Assembly: GCA_964371705.1 (NCBI GenBank)
Contig: CAYJNH010000002.1
Coordinates: 1-43,069 of the forward strand
Direction: 5' to 3'
Length of the DNA: 43,069 bases
From: an uncultured Muribaculaceae bacterium
GTDB taxonomy: Bacteria > Bacillota_I > Bacilli_A > RF39 > UBA660
The first letter of the stretch is position 1. Each line of letters opens with the position of its first letter. Below, piece after piece: positions 8,633 through 16,888 of the stretch. A program made the translations under genes and the position numbers. The notes beneath the pieces were generated by a model that was not told the origin of the DNA, did no database searches, and worked only from the letters and a program-made list of their open reading frames with translations.

Positions 8633-9253
8633 TTAATCAATAATTGTTTTCCAATTGTCATTATTATAAGCATCAAAACACATTTTTATTTGTTCTAAGG
8701 TATTTTTTTCTTCTGCTAAATTTTCTATTTCATTTATATTAAAATATTTACTTTCCACCGTTTCATGATTTTCTTTAAATTCTCCAGAAATTTTAGTGCA
8801 AATTGCAAATACTTTACATATTTTGTATGCATATATAGGTTTATTGTGTTTTTCTCTATCATGAATTGCAACTACTTTATCTATTGTAACGTCTAATCCT
8901 GCTTCTTCTTTAACTTCTTTAATCATATTATCGCCTACTGATATATCTACATCAACCCAACCACCTGGAAGAGCCCATTTTCCATCATACTCTTTTACTA
9001 ATAATATTTTTCCGTTTTCAAATATTGCAGCTCTAGTGTCTAGTTTAGGTGTTTGATAACCTATTTCATTACAAAATAATTTTTCTACTTTATCTAAAGA
9101 AATTCCTGATTTTATACTCATCATTTCCGAAGCTATATTGCGTAGTTCTTCGTATCTTTCTTTATCAAATACATTTTTTTGATAAGTTAAACCTATCTGC
9201 GCGATACTTTGTAACTTTATAGCCCATTCAACAATTTTATCTTCACTATTCAT
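8633..9253 (-). CDS. NUDIX hydrolase with N-terminal Nudix_N-type helical domain
   Basis: The N-terminal WAIKLQSIAQIGLTYQKNVFDKERYEELR is the helical domain seen in YjhB-like ADP-ribose pyrophosphatases. The NUDIX box is GGWVDVDISVGDNMIKEVKEEAGL. Confidence 0.8.
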   Translation of the reverse strand: MNSEDKIVEWAIKLQSIAQIGLTYQKNVFDKERYEELRNIASEMMSIKSGISLDKVEKLFCNEIGYQTPKLDTRAAIFENGKILLVKEYDGKWALPGGWVDVDISVGDNMIKEVKEEAGLDVTIDKVVAIHDREKHNKPIYAYKICKVFAICTKISGEFKENHETVESKYFNINEIENLAEEKNTLEQIKMCFDAYNNDNWKTIID

Positions 9254-9371
9254 ACACTTTATTTCCTATCTTTTCTTTGCCTTTAGTATTATACCACATA
9301 TTAAATTTTATGTAACTATATATTATATAAAAACAATACTGCTTTTTGTTTACTTATGTGTTATTATTATA

Positions 9372-10271
9372 GTGGTGGTTATATTGAAAACTAATATTAA
9401 AAACACAGTAGTGTATTGCTATTTAGTAACTCTACTTATTTCTTTATTTAATAAGTATATTTATATTGTTTCATCTTTTGATGCATCAGAATATGTACTT
9501 TTAAATACATTTGAAATAAAAGGTGTCAACATCGTTATATTGTGTAGTTCTGTATTTATTTTTTCTTATTTAAGAAAGATTAAAATATTATATTATATAT
9601 CGTTTGCTGGAGCTATTGCTGGATATATATATTCATTTTTAGGGACTTATAATGTTTTGAAATATGATGGTATCGGAGCTACAATTAATTTAGAAGTCGG
9701 TTTTTATCTTTATACATTAGCTTTCATATTATTAGTACTACATTTATTTTTTAAGACTCAAGAAAAAAAAGTTGTTACTCAAGATAATCCTTTTATTAAA
9801 GAAACTGAAAATATAGATAAAAATGATTATTTATTTTCTGAATTTGTAATGGGAATAAAAGAAATTAATTATAATACTTTTATGCTGCTGGCTAATGATT
9901 ATAATAAAAAAATTATGAACATAAGATATAAATTAAATGGTAATCCTATGAATATATCTATTAATCACGAAAATATCAAATCTATTGCCTTTGTTTCTAA
10001 AGTAATTATGAATAAAGTTCCTTATAAACCTGAAGATAATGAACACGCTAATTTTTTACTTTCAACTTTATTATTTTCTGGCAATCCATTATCCTTTACT
10101 ATTTCTAAATCTTTGTTAGATTCTTGGACTCCGGATGAAAAAAGTTATAATTTTAATAATTTATTTGAACTAACTATTACACTTGAAAATAATCAAGTAT
10201 TAGTATTTGAAACTTTTAGTAACCCAGAATTTTTTATAAATAAATTTTATCAAACAAAAAACATTGTATAA
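9372..10271 (+). CDS. membrane protein (about 4 N-terminal TM segments plus a soluble C-terminal domain)
   Basis: Long plus-strand ORF with hydrophobic N-terminal segments. The start is uncertain: GTG 9372 or TTG 9384 after GGTGG. It ends in a hairpin terminator. Confidence 0.55.
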   Translation: MVVILKTNIKNTVVYCYLVTLLISLFNKYIYIVSSFDASEYVLLNTFEIKGVNIVILCSSVFIFSYLRKIKILYYISFAGAIAGYIYSFLGTYNVLKYDGIGATINLEVGFYLYTLAFILLVLHLFFKTQEKKVVTQDNPFIKETENIDKNDYLFSEFVMGIKEINYNTFMLLANDYNKKIMNIRYKLNGNPMNISINHENIKSIAFVSKVIMNKVPYKPEDNEHANFLLSTLLFSGNPLSFTISKSLLDSWTPDEKSYNFNNLFELTITLENNQVLVFETFSNPEFFINKFYQTKNIV

Positions 10272-10283
10272 CAATGTTTTTTT
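10256..10283. terminator. bidirectional intrinsic terminator between convergent genes
   Basis: AAAAACATTG-tataa-CAATGTTTTTTT. The stem 10261-10266 / 10272-10277 is flanked by an A-run and a T-run. Confidence 0.7.
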
Positions 10284-11310
10284 ATGCAAACATAAATTTT
10301 TTCTTTGCTAATCTATATCCGTGTACTCCTACAAAATCATTTATCGGGTATGGCAACATTAAATATACATTAGTTGATCTAAATCTTAGTTCGTTATATA
10401 TATGTTCATGTTTAACTTTCAAATAGTTCCATAATTCTTTCCTTTTTTCCCTATCTTCTTTATTTTTTGATAAAGAACTTAATACAGATGATATAGTCAT
10501 CATGATAGATATATTTCTGGTCATACATTTTGCTAATTTAGGATTATCTTTTTTTATTTTTTCAATATTATGACAATCTATGACTATTTTAGCTACTTTA
10601 AACTGCTGATCAATTCTTTTTATCATTGTTTCTTCATTTACAGATTGATCTTCTCTACCAATAAAATATTGATATAAATCTAAGTCTAAATATTTAATTT
10701 TTTTCACATATGGTAATGGGTTATGAGCAAAAATATTATCTACATAAAATGTATGTTTTGGTAAAACAGTTTTAGATTCTCTTAACACTTGTGTTTTATA
10801 TGTCAAGGCATGCATTATTAAATACTGTCCTGTTCTAAATTTTCCTATATCATTCCATGAAGATATTTCATTTGATTTAAATAAATTTTTGTAATTTACT
10901 GTATGTGAGACTCCTTCATGTAATCTATTATAAACATAATTTGATATAAATAAATCTATATTTTCTTTTTTTTCTACTGAATTTTTAATTTCTTCGAGTA
11001 ATTTTAAATATGCCTCATTATCTACCCAATCATCTGAGTCAACTACTTTGTAATATAAACCAGTTGCATTTTCGATTCCTGCGTTTACTCCTGAACCATG
11101 ACCGCCATTTTCTTTATGAACAGCTTTAATTATTTTTGGATATTTTTTTGCATATTTATCTGCTATTTTTGCAGTGTTATCTTTGGATCCATCATTTATA
11201 ATAATGATTTCAACATCTTCTCCGCCAGGTAATAAAGAATCAATACATCTTTCTAGGTAATCTTCTGAATTATAACTAGGTACGGCAAATGTAATATATT
11301 TTGTTTTCAT
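10282..11310 (-). CDS. family-2 glycosyltransferase
   Basis: FAVPSYNSEDYLERCIDSLL...IIIINDGSKDNT...VVDSDDW are the GT2 (GT-A) NDG and DxD motifs. Confidence 0.85.
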   Translation of the reverse strand: MKTKYITFAVPSYNSEDYLERCIDSLLPGGEDVEIIIINDGSKDNTAKIADKYAKKYPKIIKAVHKENGGHGSGVNAGIENATGLYYKVVDSDDWVDNEAYLKLLEEIKNSVEKKENIDLFISNYVYNRLHEGVSHTVNYKNLFKSNEISSWNDIGKFRTGQYLIMHALTYKTQVLRESKTVLPKHTFYVDNIFAHNPLPYVKKIKYLDLDLYQYFIGREDQSVNEETMIKRIDQQFKVAKIVIDCHNIEKIKKDNPKLAKCMTRNISIMMTISSVLSSLSKNKEDREKRKELWNYLKVKHEHIYNELRFRSTNVYLMLPYPINDFVGVHGYRLAKKKFMFA

Positions 11311-11358
11311 TTTCTCTCCTTAAACTATATACTTTATAGTTTAATTATATCACTAATC

Positions 11359-11405
11359 ATAAAAAAACAACACAATTTATACGTATTTATGTAAAATGTG
11401 TTGTT
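11359..11405 (-). terminator. intrinsic terminator after the rplS-lepB-hydrolase unit
   Basis: On the minus strand: AACAACACA (11405-11397) pairs with TGTGTTGTT (11374-11366), followed by TTTTTTT. The loop is long (22 nt). Confidence 0.5.
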
Positions 11406-12199
11406 TAGTTAAAAAAATTTATTATATCATTACTAAAATTTTCTGACTCATTATATAAAGCATGACCTAAATTATCATATATTTTTATTGTACTATTTTT
11501 AATGTGCTTTGATAATATTATCGATGAATTGTATTCAATTATTTTGTCTACTCTTCCTCCGATAATTAAAGTTGGACATTTTATTTTTGATAATTCATTT
11601 AAAGTGTTGTGCACTTTGCAAGACTCAGCATTTAGAATAAATTTGTTTTTGTTTTTTTCATCAATCATTTTATCTATAATAAAATAAAAAGGTCTTATTT
11701 TATTATTAACATAACTTTTATCCATTGTATCATTAAATACTTCATCTAATTTATTTTCTTTTGCTAATGATATCCAGTTATCAATTACAGCATTAGTTTC
11801 ATCGCTAGCTTTTGCAGTTGTGACTATTAGAGCAAGTTTATTAATGTATTCACTATGATTTATTGCTAAATACTGAGCTATCATACCACCCTGAGAAATA
11901 CCAATTATATTTAAATTTTTTAGTTGCAATTGAGCAAAAACTTTACTGTATTCCTCTGCTATCAGTTTAGTAGTATATTTTTCTTTACAAATATTATTTC
12001 TACTGAATATATATACTTTATAATTTTTAGCAAATTCTTTATACATAAGCGCATAAAAGTTAGCTAACTTTTGAACACTTTTCAAACTATCTGCTAAACC
12101 AGGTATAATTACTAGTGTTTTTTCTCCTATCCCAAAAGTAACATAATCAATATCTATATCATCTAATTTTATATTGTTATTTTTCGCATTATAAAACAT
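11405..12199 (-). CDS. alpha/beta-fold hydrolase
   Basis: GxSxG nucleophile elbow (GISQGGM), an Asp in GGRVDKI, and a C-terminal His in NLGHALY. Confidence 0.8.
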   Translation of the reverse strand: MFYNAKNNNIKLDDIDIDYVTFGIGEKTLVIIPGLADSLKSVQKLANFYALMYKEFAKNYKVYIFSRNNICKEKYTTKLIAEEYSKVFAQLQLKNLNIIGISQGGMIAQYLAINHSEYINKLALIVTTAKASDETNAVIDNWISLAKENKLDEVFNDTMDKSYVNNKIRPFYFIIDKMIDEKNKNKFILNAESCKVHNTLNELSKIKCPTLIIGGRVDKIIEYNSSIILSKHIKNSTIKIYDNLGHALYNESENFSNDIINFFN

Positions 12200-12207
12200 A
12201 TTACCTC

Positions 12208-12705
12208 TTAATCAATCATCCCTATTTCGTTAAAAGGAAATAATCTTAAGTGAGCAGTTCCTTCTATATCTTTTTCATTCACTGCGCCAAAATATCTTGA
12301 GTCCAAAGATACTTCTCTATTGTCTCCCATGACAAAATATTCATTATTATTTAATTTTGTTTTTTCTAAGTCTTCAAGATTTATATTATTGTAAGGATCT
12401 TCTAATTTTTTTGTATTAATATAAACAGCTCCGTTTTGTATTTCAACTGTTTCTCCAGGTAAACCAATCACCCTTTTAATAGCAGCTTCGCCTACTACAT
12501 TACTTGATAATACAACTATATCAAATCTGTCATATTTTTTATCTAATTTATTTAATATAAGTATGTCTCCATCTGATAATGTTTCGTTCATACTAGGACC
12601 ATTAACTCTAACAGGTGTTACAATAAAAAATCTTATTACTATCACTACTACTAATATAATTATATATGGTAGTGCCCCTTTTACTTTTTCTTTCATTATA
12701 TTCAC
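12208..12705 (-). CDS. lepB: signal peptidase I
   Basis: GPSMNETL (catalytic Ser), IKRVIGLPGE (catalytic Lys box) and GDNREVSLDSRYFG. The start is ambiguous between GTG 12705 and ATG 12696. Confidence 0.9.
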   Translation of the reverse strand: MNIMKEKVKGALPYIIILVVVIVIRFFIVTPVRVNGPSMNETLSDGDILILNKLDKKYDRFDIVVLSSNVVGEAAIKRVIGLPGETVEIQNGAVYINTKKLEDPYNNINLEDLEKTKLNNNEYFVMGDNREVSLDSRYFGAVNEKDIEGTAHLRLFPFNEIGMID

Positions 12706-12727
12706 TTAAATAAAGAAAGGAAAGACC

Positions 12728-13078
12728 TTAATTTCTTTCCTTAACTTTATAATCTTTGCCTTTATTATTGAATAAATCATCAATAAATCTAGGTTTAGCA
12801 CGTCTAAGTAAACCTTTTCTAACTACAGTAACTTTGTCTATAGTTGGAGTATTAACTGGAAAAATTCTTTTAACAGCTACACCACCAGATATTTTTCTTA
12901 CTGTGAATGTTTCAGAAACACTTCCACCTTTTTTAGAAACTACAAGTCCTTCAAAAGCTTGGATTCTTTCTTTTTTTCCTTCTTTTACCCATACATCAAC
13001 TTTAACAGTATCCCCAACTCTAAACTCAGGAATATCAGTTCTAATATGTTTTTTGTTAATTTTATCTACTAAATTCAT
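12728..13078 (-). CDS. rplS: 50S ribosomal protein L19
   Basis: IPEFRVGDTVKVDVWVKEGKKERIQAFEGLVVSKKGGSVSETFTVRKISGGVAVKRIFPVNTP is an unmistakable L19 sequence. Confidence 0.97.
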   Translation of the reverse strand: MNLVDKINKKHIRTDIPEFRVGDTVKVDVWVKEGKKERIQAFEGLVVSKKGGSVSETFTVRKISGGVAVKRIFPVNTPTIDKVTVVRKGLLRRAKPRFIDDLFNNKGKDYKVKERN

Positions 13079-13187
13079 AAATTAACCATCCTTTCTTCTA
13101 TTTTTTTAACCAATAATCTTGTAAGGTTCCAGCGGATTATTTTTCTTGGGTCTTATAGATTATAACATAAATTAACTGAAAACACAA
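13079..13187 (-). promoter_or_regulatory. rplS promoter plus roughly 70-nt leader (possible L19 autoregulatory leader)
   Basis: TTGTGT (13187-13182), 17-nt spacer, TGT-TATAAT (13164-13159). The leader contains an AAUAAUC / GAUUAUU hairpin (13141-13135 with 13118-13112). L19 leaders are known in Bacillota, but I could not verify the consensus by eye. Confidence 0.4.
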
Positions 13188-13796
13188 TTATTTTTTACGT
13201 TCTCCTCTTCTTCTTATCAATTCTTTTTGAAGCATCTCTATATCTTTAGTGAGTTCGATTATTTTTTCCTCATTTTCTATAATTTGATCTTTAATCATAT
13301 TTATTAAATGATGTTCTTGAAATGCTGCTAAATCATAACTCTGATCATATATTTCTATTTCTTCTGTTTTACTATCTTGACCATATGTTATATATGATTT
13401 ATCGTCGTTAAAAGTTATTGTTTTTGCAGTTTTAAGTTTTTCTTCTGCGATAAATTGAAATACTAATGCGTTTAACTTCGAAGGATTTTTATTATATATT
13501 TTTTGTTCCATCTTATTCATATATTCAATTGTCATACTGCTTGTAATTGAGTTTATTAATCTAGTTGAAGACATCTTTAAAGCTAGTGTAAAATATAATG
13601 CAAGCAATATATTAATAAATGGAGTGAATATAGCTAGTATAACTAGAGGATTTAATTCTTTGTCTCCTTTTTCTGAAGATGGTTTAATTTTGTAACCATC
13701 ATCTGCAAATTTTTTTATAACATCCAGCATTAAATTTACATCTAGACCTAACGCGATTATAATTGTCAGTATGCTTGTTATTATTAATGTAGTCAT
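13188..13796 (-). CDS. hypothetical membrane protein with C-terminal coiled coil
   Basis: Hydrophobic segments are TLIITSILTIIIALGL and LVILAIFTPFINILLALYFTLAL. The heptad-like C-terminus is IENEEKIIELTKDIEMLQKELIRRR. The start lies 2 nt after the stop of the upstream ORF. Confidence 0.55.
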   Translation of the reverse strand: MTTLIITSILTIIIALGLDVNLMLDVIKKFADDGYKIKPSSEKGDKELNPLVILAIFTPFINILLALYFTLALKMSSTRLINSITSSMTIEYMNKMEQKIYNKNPSKLNALVFQFIAEEKLKTAKTITFNDDKSYITYGQDSKTEEIEIYDQSYDLAAFQEHHLINMIKDQIIENEEKIIELTKDIEMLQKELIRRRGERKK

Positions 13797-13798
13797 GT

Positions 13799-14542
13799 TT
13801 ATCTTCTCATTTCTTCTTGGTTTATATTTTCATTTTGTTTATATTCAGATATTATATTTACTGTTTGTTGCATTGATTCAAGATCTTTTTTTGCACTTTG
13901 TATTTCTTTTAATTTTTCTGAAGATGGAAATGCATGCAAATATTCTGGATTATCTTCTTTATTTTCTGGTAATTCATTTCTTTTTAATATTTTGTTTGAA
14001 TCTTCCTTTGTCAAGTTTTTATCTGTGCGCATAAAACTTATATTATATTTTTTTCGTTTTTTTCCTATTTTAGAAAAATTTCCTGTTCCTACATTTTCAA
14101 GTAAACTATTTATAAAAGTATCTTTTTTTGCTTTTCCTTTTACTTCTAAACTTTCTATATAACCTAATTTTTCTAATTCTTTTAATCCTTGTAAAACTAT
14201 TGCTTGGCTAACAGTTGTATATTTTTCATTTTCGTTCATGTTTTCAAGTAAATTGATAAGATTTTTAGAAAAATACTCGTTTTTGTTTTTTATAAAAAAG
14301 CTTTTTATAATACTTTTTCCCATTTTTTGAGATATGCTTTTTTCTCCATCTTTGTTTCTAACTCTAGAAATTTTAAACATATCTGATTTTTTATTTTCAT
14401 AAAATATTTTGTTATTTACAATACTTATTGGAATTAAAAAAACTAGTGTTCCAGCTGCTATTATTGGATTTAAAATTGCTAATATTAATAAAATTCCTAT
14501 TGCTGATATTTCTAAAATATCTTTTATATTTATTTTTTTCAT
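13799..14542 (-). CDS. hypothetical membrane-anchored protein with a winged-helix-like segment
   Basis: The N-terminal hydrophobic hairpin is ISAIGILLILAILNPIIAAGTLVFLIPI. The central TTVSQAIVLQGLKELEKLGYIESLEV looks like a wHTH recognition region. An ATGA overlap links it to the upstream NUDIX gene. Confidence 0.55.
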   Translation of the reverse strand: MKKINIKDILEISAIGILLILAILNPIIAAGTLVFLIPISIVNNKIFYENKKSDMFKISRVRNKDGEKSISQKMGKSIIKSFFIKNKNEYFSKNLINLLENMNENEKYTTVSQAIVLQGLKELEKLGYIESLEVKGKAKKDTFINSLLENVGTGNFSKIGKKRKKYNISFMRTDKNLTKEDSNKILKRNELPENKEDNPEYLHAFPSSEKLKEIQSAKKDLESMQQTVNIISEYKQNENINQEEMRR

Positions 14543-14985
14543 ATTTTATCTACCACCTTTTTTAATATGTGTTTTGCTAATAATGACATATCATTTTCTT
14601 TTAATTTGTTTATATCAAAAAATTTTGCTCCCAATGAATCATTATTTTGCTTACTTAATTCTATATTTTCAGATAATTCATTTTCGTATTTATTAATAGT
14701 GTAGAATATAGCTGTATGATGGACTTTATAAATATCATTTTCATTTTCCCAAATAGGAACGACTGTTGCTACATCTAATAAAGATTGCTTTAGTATATTT
14801 AAACCAGTTTCTTCTAAAAATTCTCTTTTTAATGTTTCTTCAGGACTTTCACCAAATTCCATTGAACCGCCAGGTAAATCTAGTTTACCAGTATACGGAC
14901 CAGCTGCTTTTTTTATTAATAAAATTTTATTATTTTCTATAACTATGCCATATATACCTAGATGTCTATGTTCTTTATACTTCAT
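14539..14985 (-). CDS. NUDIX hydrolase
   Basis: NUDIX box GGSMEFGESPEETLKREFLEETGL, with an AAGGAG RBS. Confidence 0.85.
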   Translation of the reverse strand: MKYKEHRHLGIYGIVIENNKILLIKKAAGPYTGKLDLPGGSMEFGESPEETLKREFLEETGLNILKQSLLDVATVVPIWENENDIYKVHHTAIFYTINKYENELSENIELSKQNNDSLGAKFFDINKLKENDMSLLAKHILKKVVDKI

Positions 14986-15011
14986 ATATGCTCCTTAAAT
15001 TTATTATAACA

Positions 15012-15035
15012 TAAAAAAATAGTAGTAAACTACTA
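15012..15035 (-). terminator. intrinsic terminator closing the ncRNA / 4-TM-protein unit
   Basis: On the minus strand: TAGTAG-ttta-CTACTA (15035-15020) followed by TTTTTTT. The hairpin overlaps the TAG stop of the 179-aa ORF. Confidence 0.6.
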
Positions 15036-15572
15036 AAATTTATAAAATATATGTATTATTTTTCCTACTTTTTCAACTATTTTTTTAGAATTTTTTATAG
15101 CATATGATTTACCAATTGCTTTTCCGCCTACAGTTAAAGAAGCTACAAAACTACTTACAATTAAACTGATTAATACTATATTTATATTAAAAGTGACTGA
15201 TAAAGATATAGCTATAACAGCAGCTAGTGAACCTGATATTACACCACATATATCACCAATTACATCATTTGCTATATTACTTACTTTAGCCGCATTTTTA
15301 ATCATAAACAAACTTTCTTTTGCACCTTTATGTTTTTTTGCTGCTCTTGCATGATGTGAATGTTCTGCATCAGATACTACAGCTACTCCTATTACATCAA
15401 AAAACACACCTATTAATATTATTACTACCATTGCAATTATAGCGTAAAAAGTACTAAATGAATTTACTACAATATTTGATACAACTCCAAATAATGCAGA
15501 TAATATAAAGGTAATAACAAATATCGCTGCTATCCATAATCTTTCTTTTCTTTTTTTATTTTTTGCTTTCAT
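15033..15572 (-). CDS. four-TM membrane protein with DxxxD motif (OapA-like candidate)
   Basis: 179 aa with a basic N-terminus (KAKNKKRKER) and four hydrophobic segments. A basic loop between TM2 and TM3 reads HHARAAKKHKGAKESLFMIKNAAK. NDVIGDICGVISG sits at the start of TM3. A GGAGA RBS is present. The gene lies directly downstream of, and co-oriented with, the 0.5-kb non-coding segment. Confidence 0.65.
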   Translation of the reverse strand: MKAKNKKRKERLWIAAIFVITFILSALFGVVSNIVVNSFSTFYAIIAMVVIILIGVFFDVIGVAVVSDAEHSHHARAAKKHKGAKESLFMIKNAAKVSNIANDVIGDICGVISGSLAAVIAISLSVTFNINIVLISLIVSSFVASLTVGGKAIGKSYAIKNSKKIVEKVGKIIHIFYKF

Positions 15573-15584
15573 ATTTCTCCAAAA

Positions 15585-16083
15585 ATAAATGCATAACTAT
15601 GTATGCATATTAAAGTGTTGTGGTAATATTTTAAATAAATTTTACGGCTTAGGTCAAGTTTGTTTTCCACGTTTTACATCCTTTGGTTACCCTCAGGTGA
15701 TTTCTCTTTCAGAAAAACGAGTGACTGTCACCAGCTCACTTACTTGATGACCACTTAGTCCGTACTTCAATCTTTAAAATATCTACATTGTAACATTCTA
15801 GAGGATTTCCCAAACAAAATTTTACCTGTTATTATTCGCTTTTGCAAAAACAATTTCAACTAAGTATCCGCTGTTTTCACTCACGACAAGCAATTTTTAA
15901 TTAAGTTGGAATATACTAGGCGACGATTATATGCCATTATAATTTTACCTAATATTATTATTCATATACCCACCCTAATCTGGGCGAAAAAAGCAAGTAT
16001 ACAAATATCCTTCATTACTTAAATGATGAATTTTTAGCCTCATCTTCAAACAGAAATTTCGACTAGAATAATGCACCACACGA
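15585..16083 (-). ncRNA. large (about 470-500 nt) candidate structured RNA, OLE-like by context; class unverified
   Basis: Neither strand has an ORF of 60 aa or more across 15573-16123. I counted 23/60 and 24/60 G+C in lines 15661-15720 and 15721-15780, against 13/60 in coding line 15061-15120. A consensus promoter lies immediately upstream. The 5' UGUGGU (16080-16075) can pair with ACCACA (15624-15619), enclosing about 450 nt. A 3' hairpin AUGCAUA-6nt-UAUGCAU (15608-15589) is followed by a U-rich tract. Confidence 0.55.
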
Positions 16084-16088
16084 TTACA

Positions 16089-16117
16089 ATTATATAATAT
16101 TTTTGTTAATTTGTCAA
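16089..16117 (-). promoter_or_regulatory. consensus sigma-A promoter driving the ncRNA
   Basis: On the minus strand: TTGACA (16117-16112), exactly 17 nt, then TATAAT (16094-16089). The predicted start is around 16082. Confidence 0.7.
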
Positions 16118-16123
16118 AATTAC

Positions 16124-16429
16124 TTACTCAACATCTATAATTATACTTTTCCATTTTCCTATTAATGTAATATCTTCTGTTACTTCTTTAGTAAAATCAT
16201 ATTTTTCACCATCTAAATACCATCCATCAAATATGTAATCTGATAATACTGGAGTATCTGGTTCACTTACTACATTTCCATTTACAACTTTTTCAGCTGC
16301 TACACTTGTTCCTCCTTGAGAATCAAATATAACATCATGACTTCTAAATACATATAATCCTATCATTAATAATATTAGTAAGATTACACTTATAGCTATA
16401 AAACTTAATAACAAATTTTTTTTCATCAC
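16124..16429 (-). CDS. membrane-anchored protein with one Listeria-Bacteroides (Flg_new-type) repeat
   Basis: An N-terminal TM segment (LLLSFIAISVILLILLMIGLYVF) is followed by VIFDSQGGTSV...P..P...YIFDGWYLDGEKYDF...V.EDITLIGKW, which matches the repeat pattern. Confidence 0.6.
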   Translation of the reverse strand: MMKKNLLLSFIAISVILLILLMIGLYVFRSHDVIFDSQGGTSVAAEKVVNGNVVSEPDTPVLSDYIFDGWYLDGEKYDFTKEVTEDITLIGKWKSIIIDVE

Positions 16430-16472
16430 TAACCTACCTTCTTATATAAAATTATATCATACTACATTTCTT

Positions 16473-16883
16473 TTATCTACTTTTGTTTATTGTATTTTCA
16501 AGTTCATAATTATAAATATAAGTGTATTTCTTTTTTGTTTCTTGTTCTACAATATAGAGTTCTTTTAACATTTTCTTTATTTTTTCTATCTTCATATGTT
16601 TTTTATATTTATTAAGAATAATTTCCTCTATTCTTTGAATATCACCTAATAATGAAACAATACCATCTTCTCCGGTTTCATCAAGTAATAAAAATGATTT
16701 AATAATTTTTTTATATTTTTTTAAAAATTTTTGAGTTATTGTGTACTCTATAATTTTTTCATCATAAAGCATCATTTTATCTATACTAAATTCTGACATT
16801 TTAGGATAGATTGCTATGCCTTCTTCTATTTTCATATCAAATTCTTTTCCACTTATTTTAGTGTCTACAATTTCGTATTTCAT
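16473..16883 (-). CDS. hypothetical protein (137 aa)
   Basis: ORF-track frame 16473..16925 would overlap trmD by 37 nt. I trimmed it to ATG 16883 (MKYEIVD...). No motif recognised. Confidence 0.5.
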   Translation of the reverse strand: MKYEIVDTKISGKEFDMKIEEGIAIYPKMSEFSIDKMMLYDEKIIEYTITQKFLKKYKKIIKSFLLLDETGEDGIVSLLGDIQRIEEIILNKYKKHMKIEKIKKMLKELYIVEQETKKKYTYIYNYELENTINKSR

Positions 16884-16888
16884 AATAT

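Noticed and set aside
12756-13085. 109-aa plus-strand ORF lying exactly antisense to rplS.
   Set aside because: It is a shadow ORF opposite an unmistakable L19 gene. It has no RBS and a low-complexity composition. The same reasoning applies to the other plus-strand track ORFs that sit inside minus-strand genes: 418-615, 672-935, 1005-1214, 2506-2841, 3706-3927, 5570-5752, 6056-6310, 7123-7317, 7633-8031, 11502-11687, 13771-14034, 14409-14696, 18303-18497, 19998-20186, 21182-21433, 23865-24077, 25380-25583, 25697-25981, 28238-28561, 30392-30604, 31207-31428, 31537-31731, 31783-32079, 34679-34861, 38216-38548, 38749-38931 and 40547-40909.
14996-15008. Possible extended -10 (TGTTATAAT) promoter for the NUDIX operon.
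   Set aside because: The predicted transcription start would fall inside the AAGGAG RBS at 14996-14991, and no -35 is evident. It is too uncertain to list.
15585-16083. Assigning the non-coding segment to RNase P RNA, tmRNA, SRP RNA or a T-box leader.
   Set aside because: - **RNase P:** there is no GAGGAAAGUCC / ACA..GGCUUA P4 pair in the right positions. GGGAAAUCC lies about 290 nt from the 5' end and has no complementary 3' strand.
- **tmRNA:** there is no GGGG...UCCACCA tRNA-like end and no plausible tag frame ending in hydrophobic residues.
- **SRP RNA:** there is no GGAAGGAAGCAGC-type domain IV.
- **T-box:** the T-box-like AGGGUGGG at 15976-15969 is followed by UAUAUG instead of NACCGCG. 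It sits near the 5' end, and no aminoacyl-tRNA synthetase or amino-acid gene follows.

These are by-eye exclusions only, and cmsearch should confirm them.
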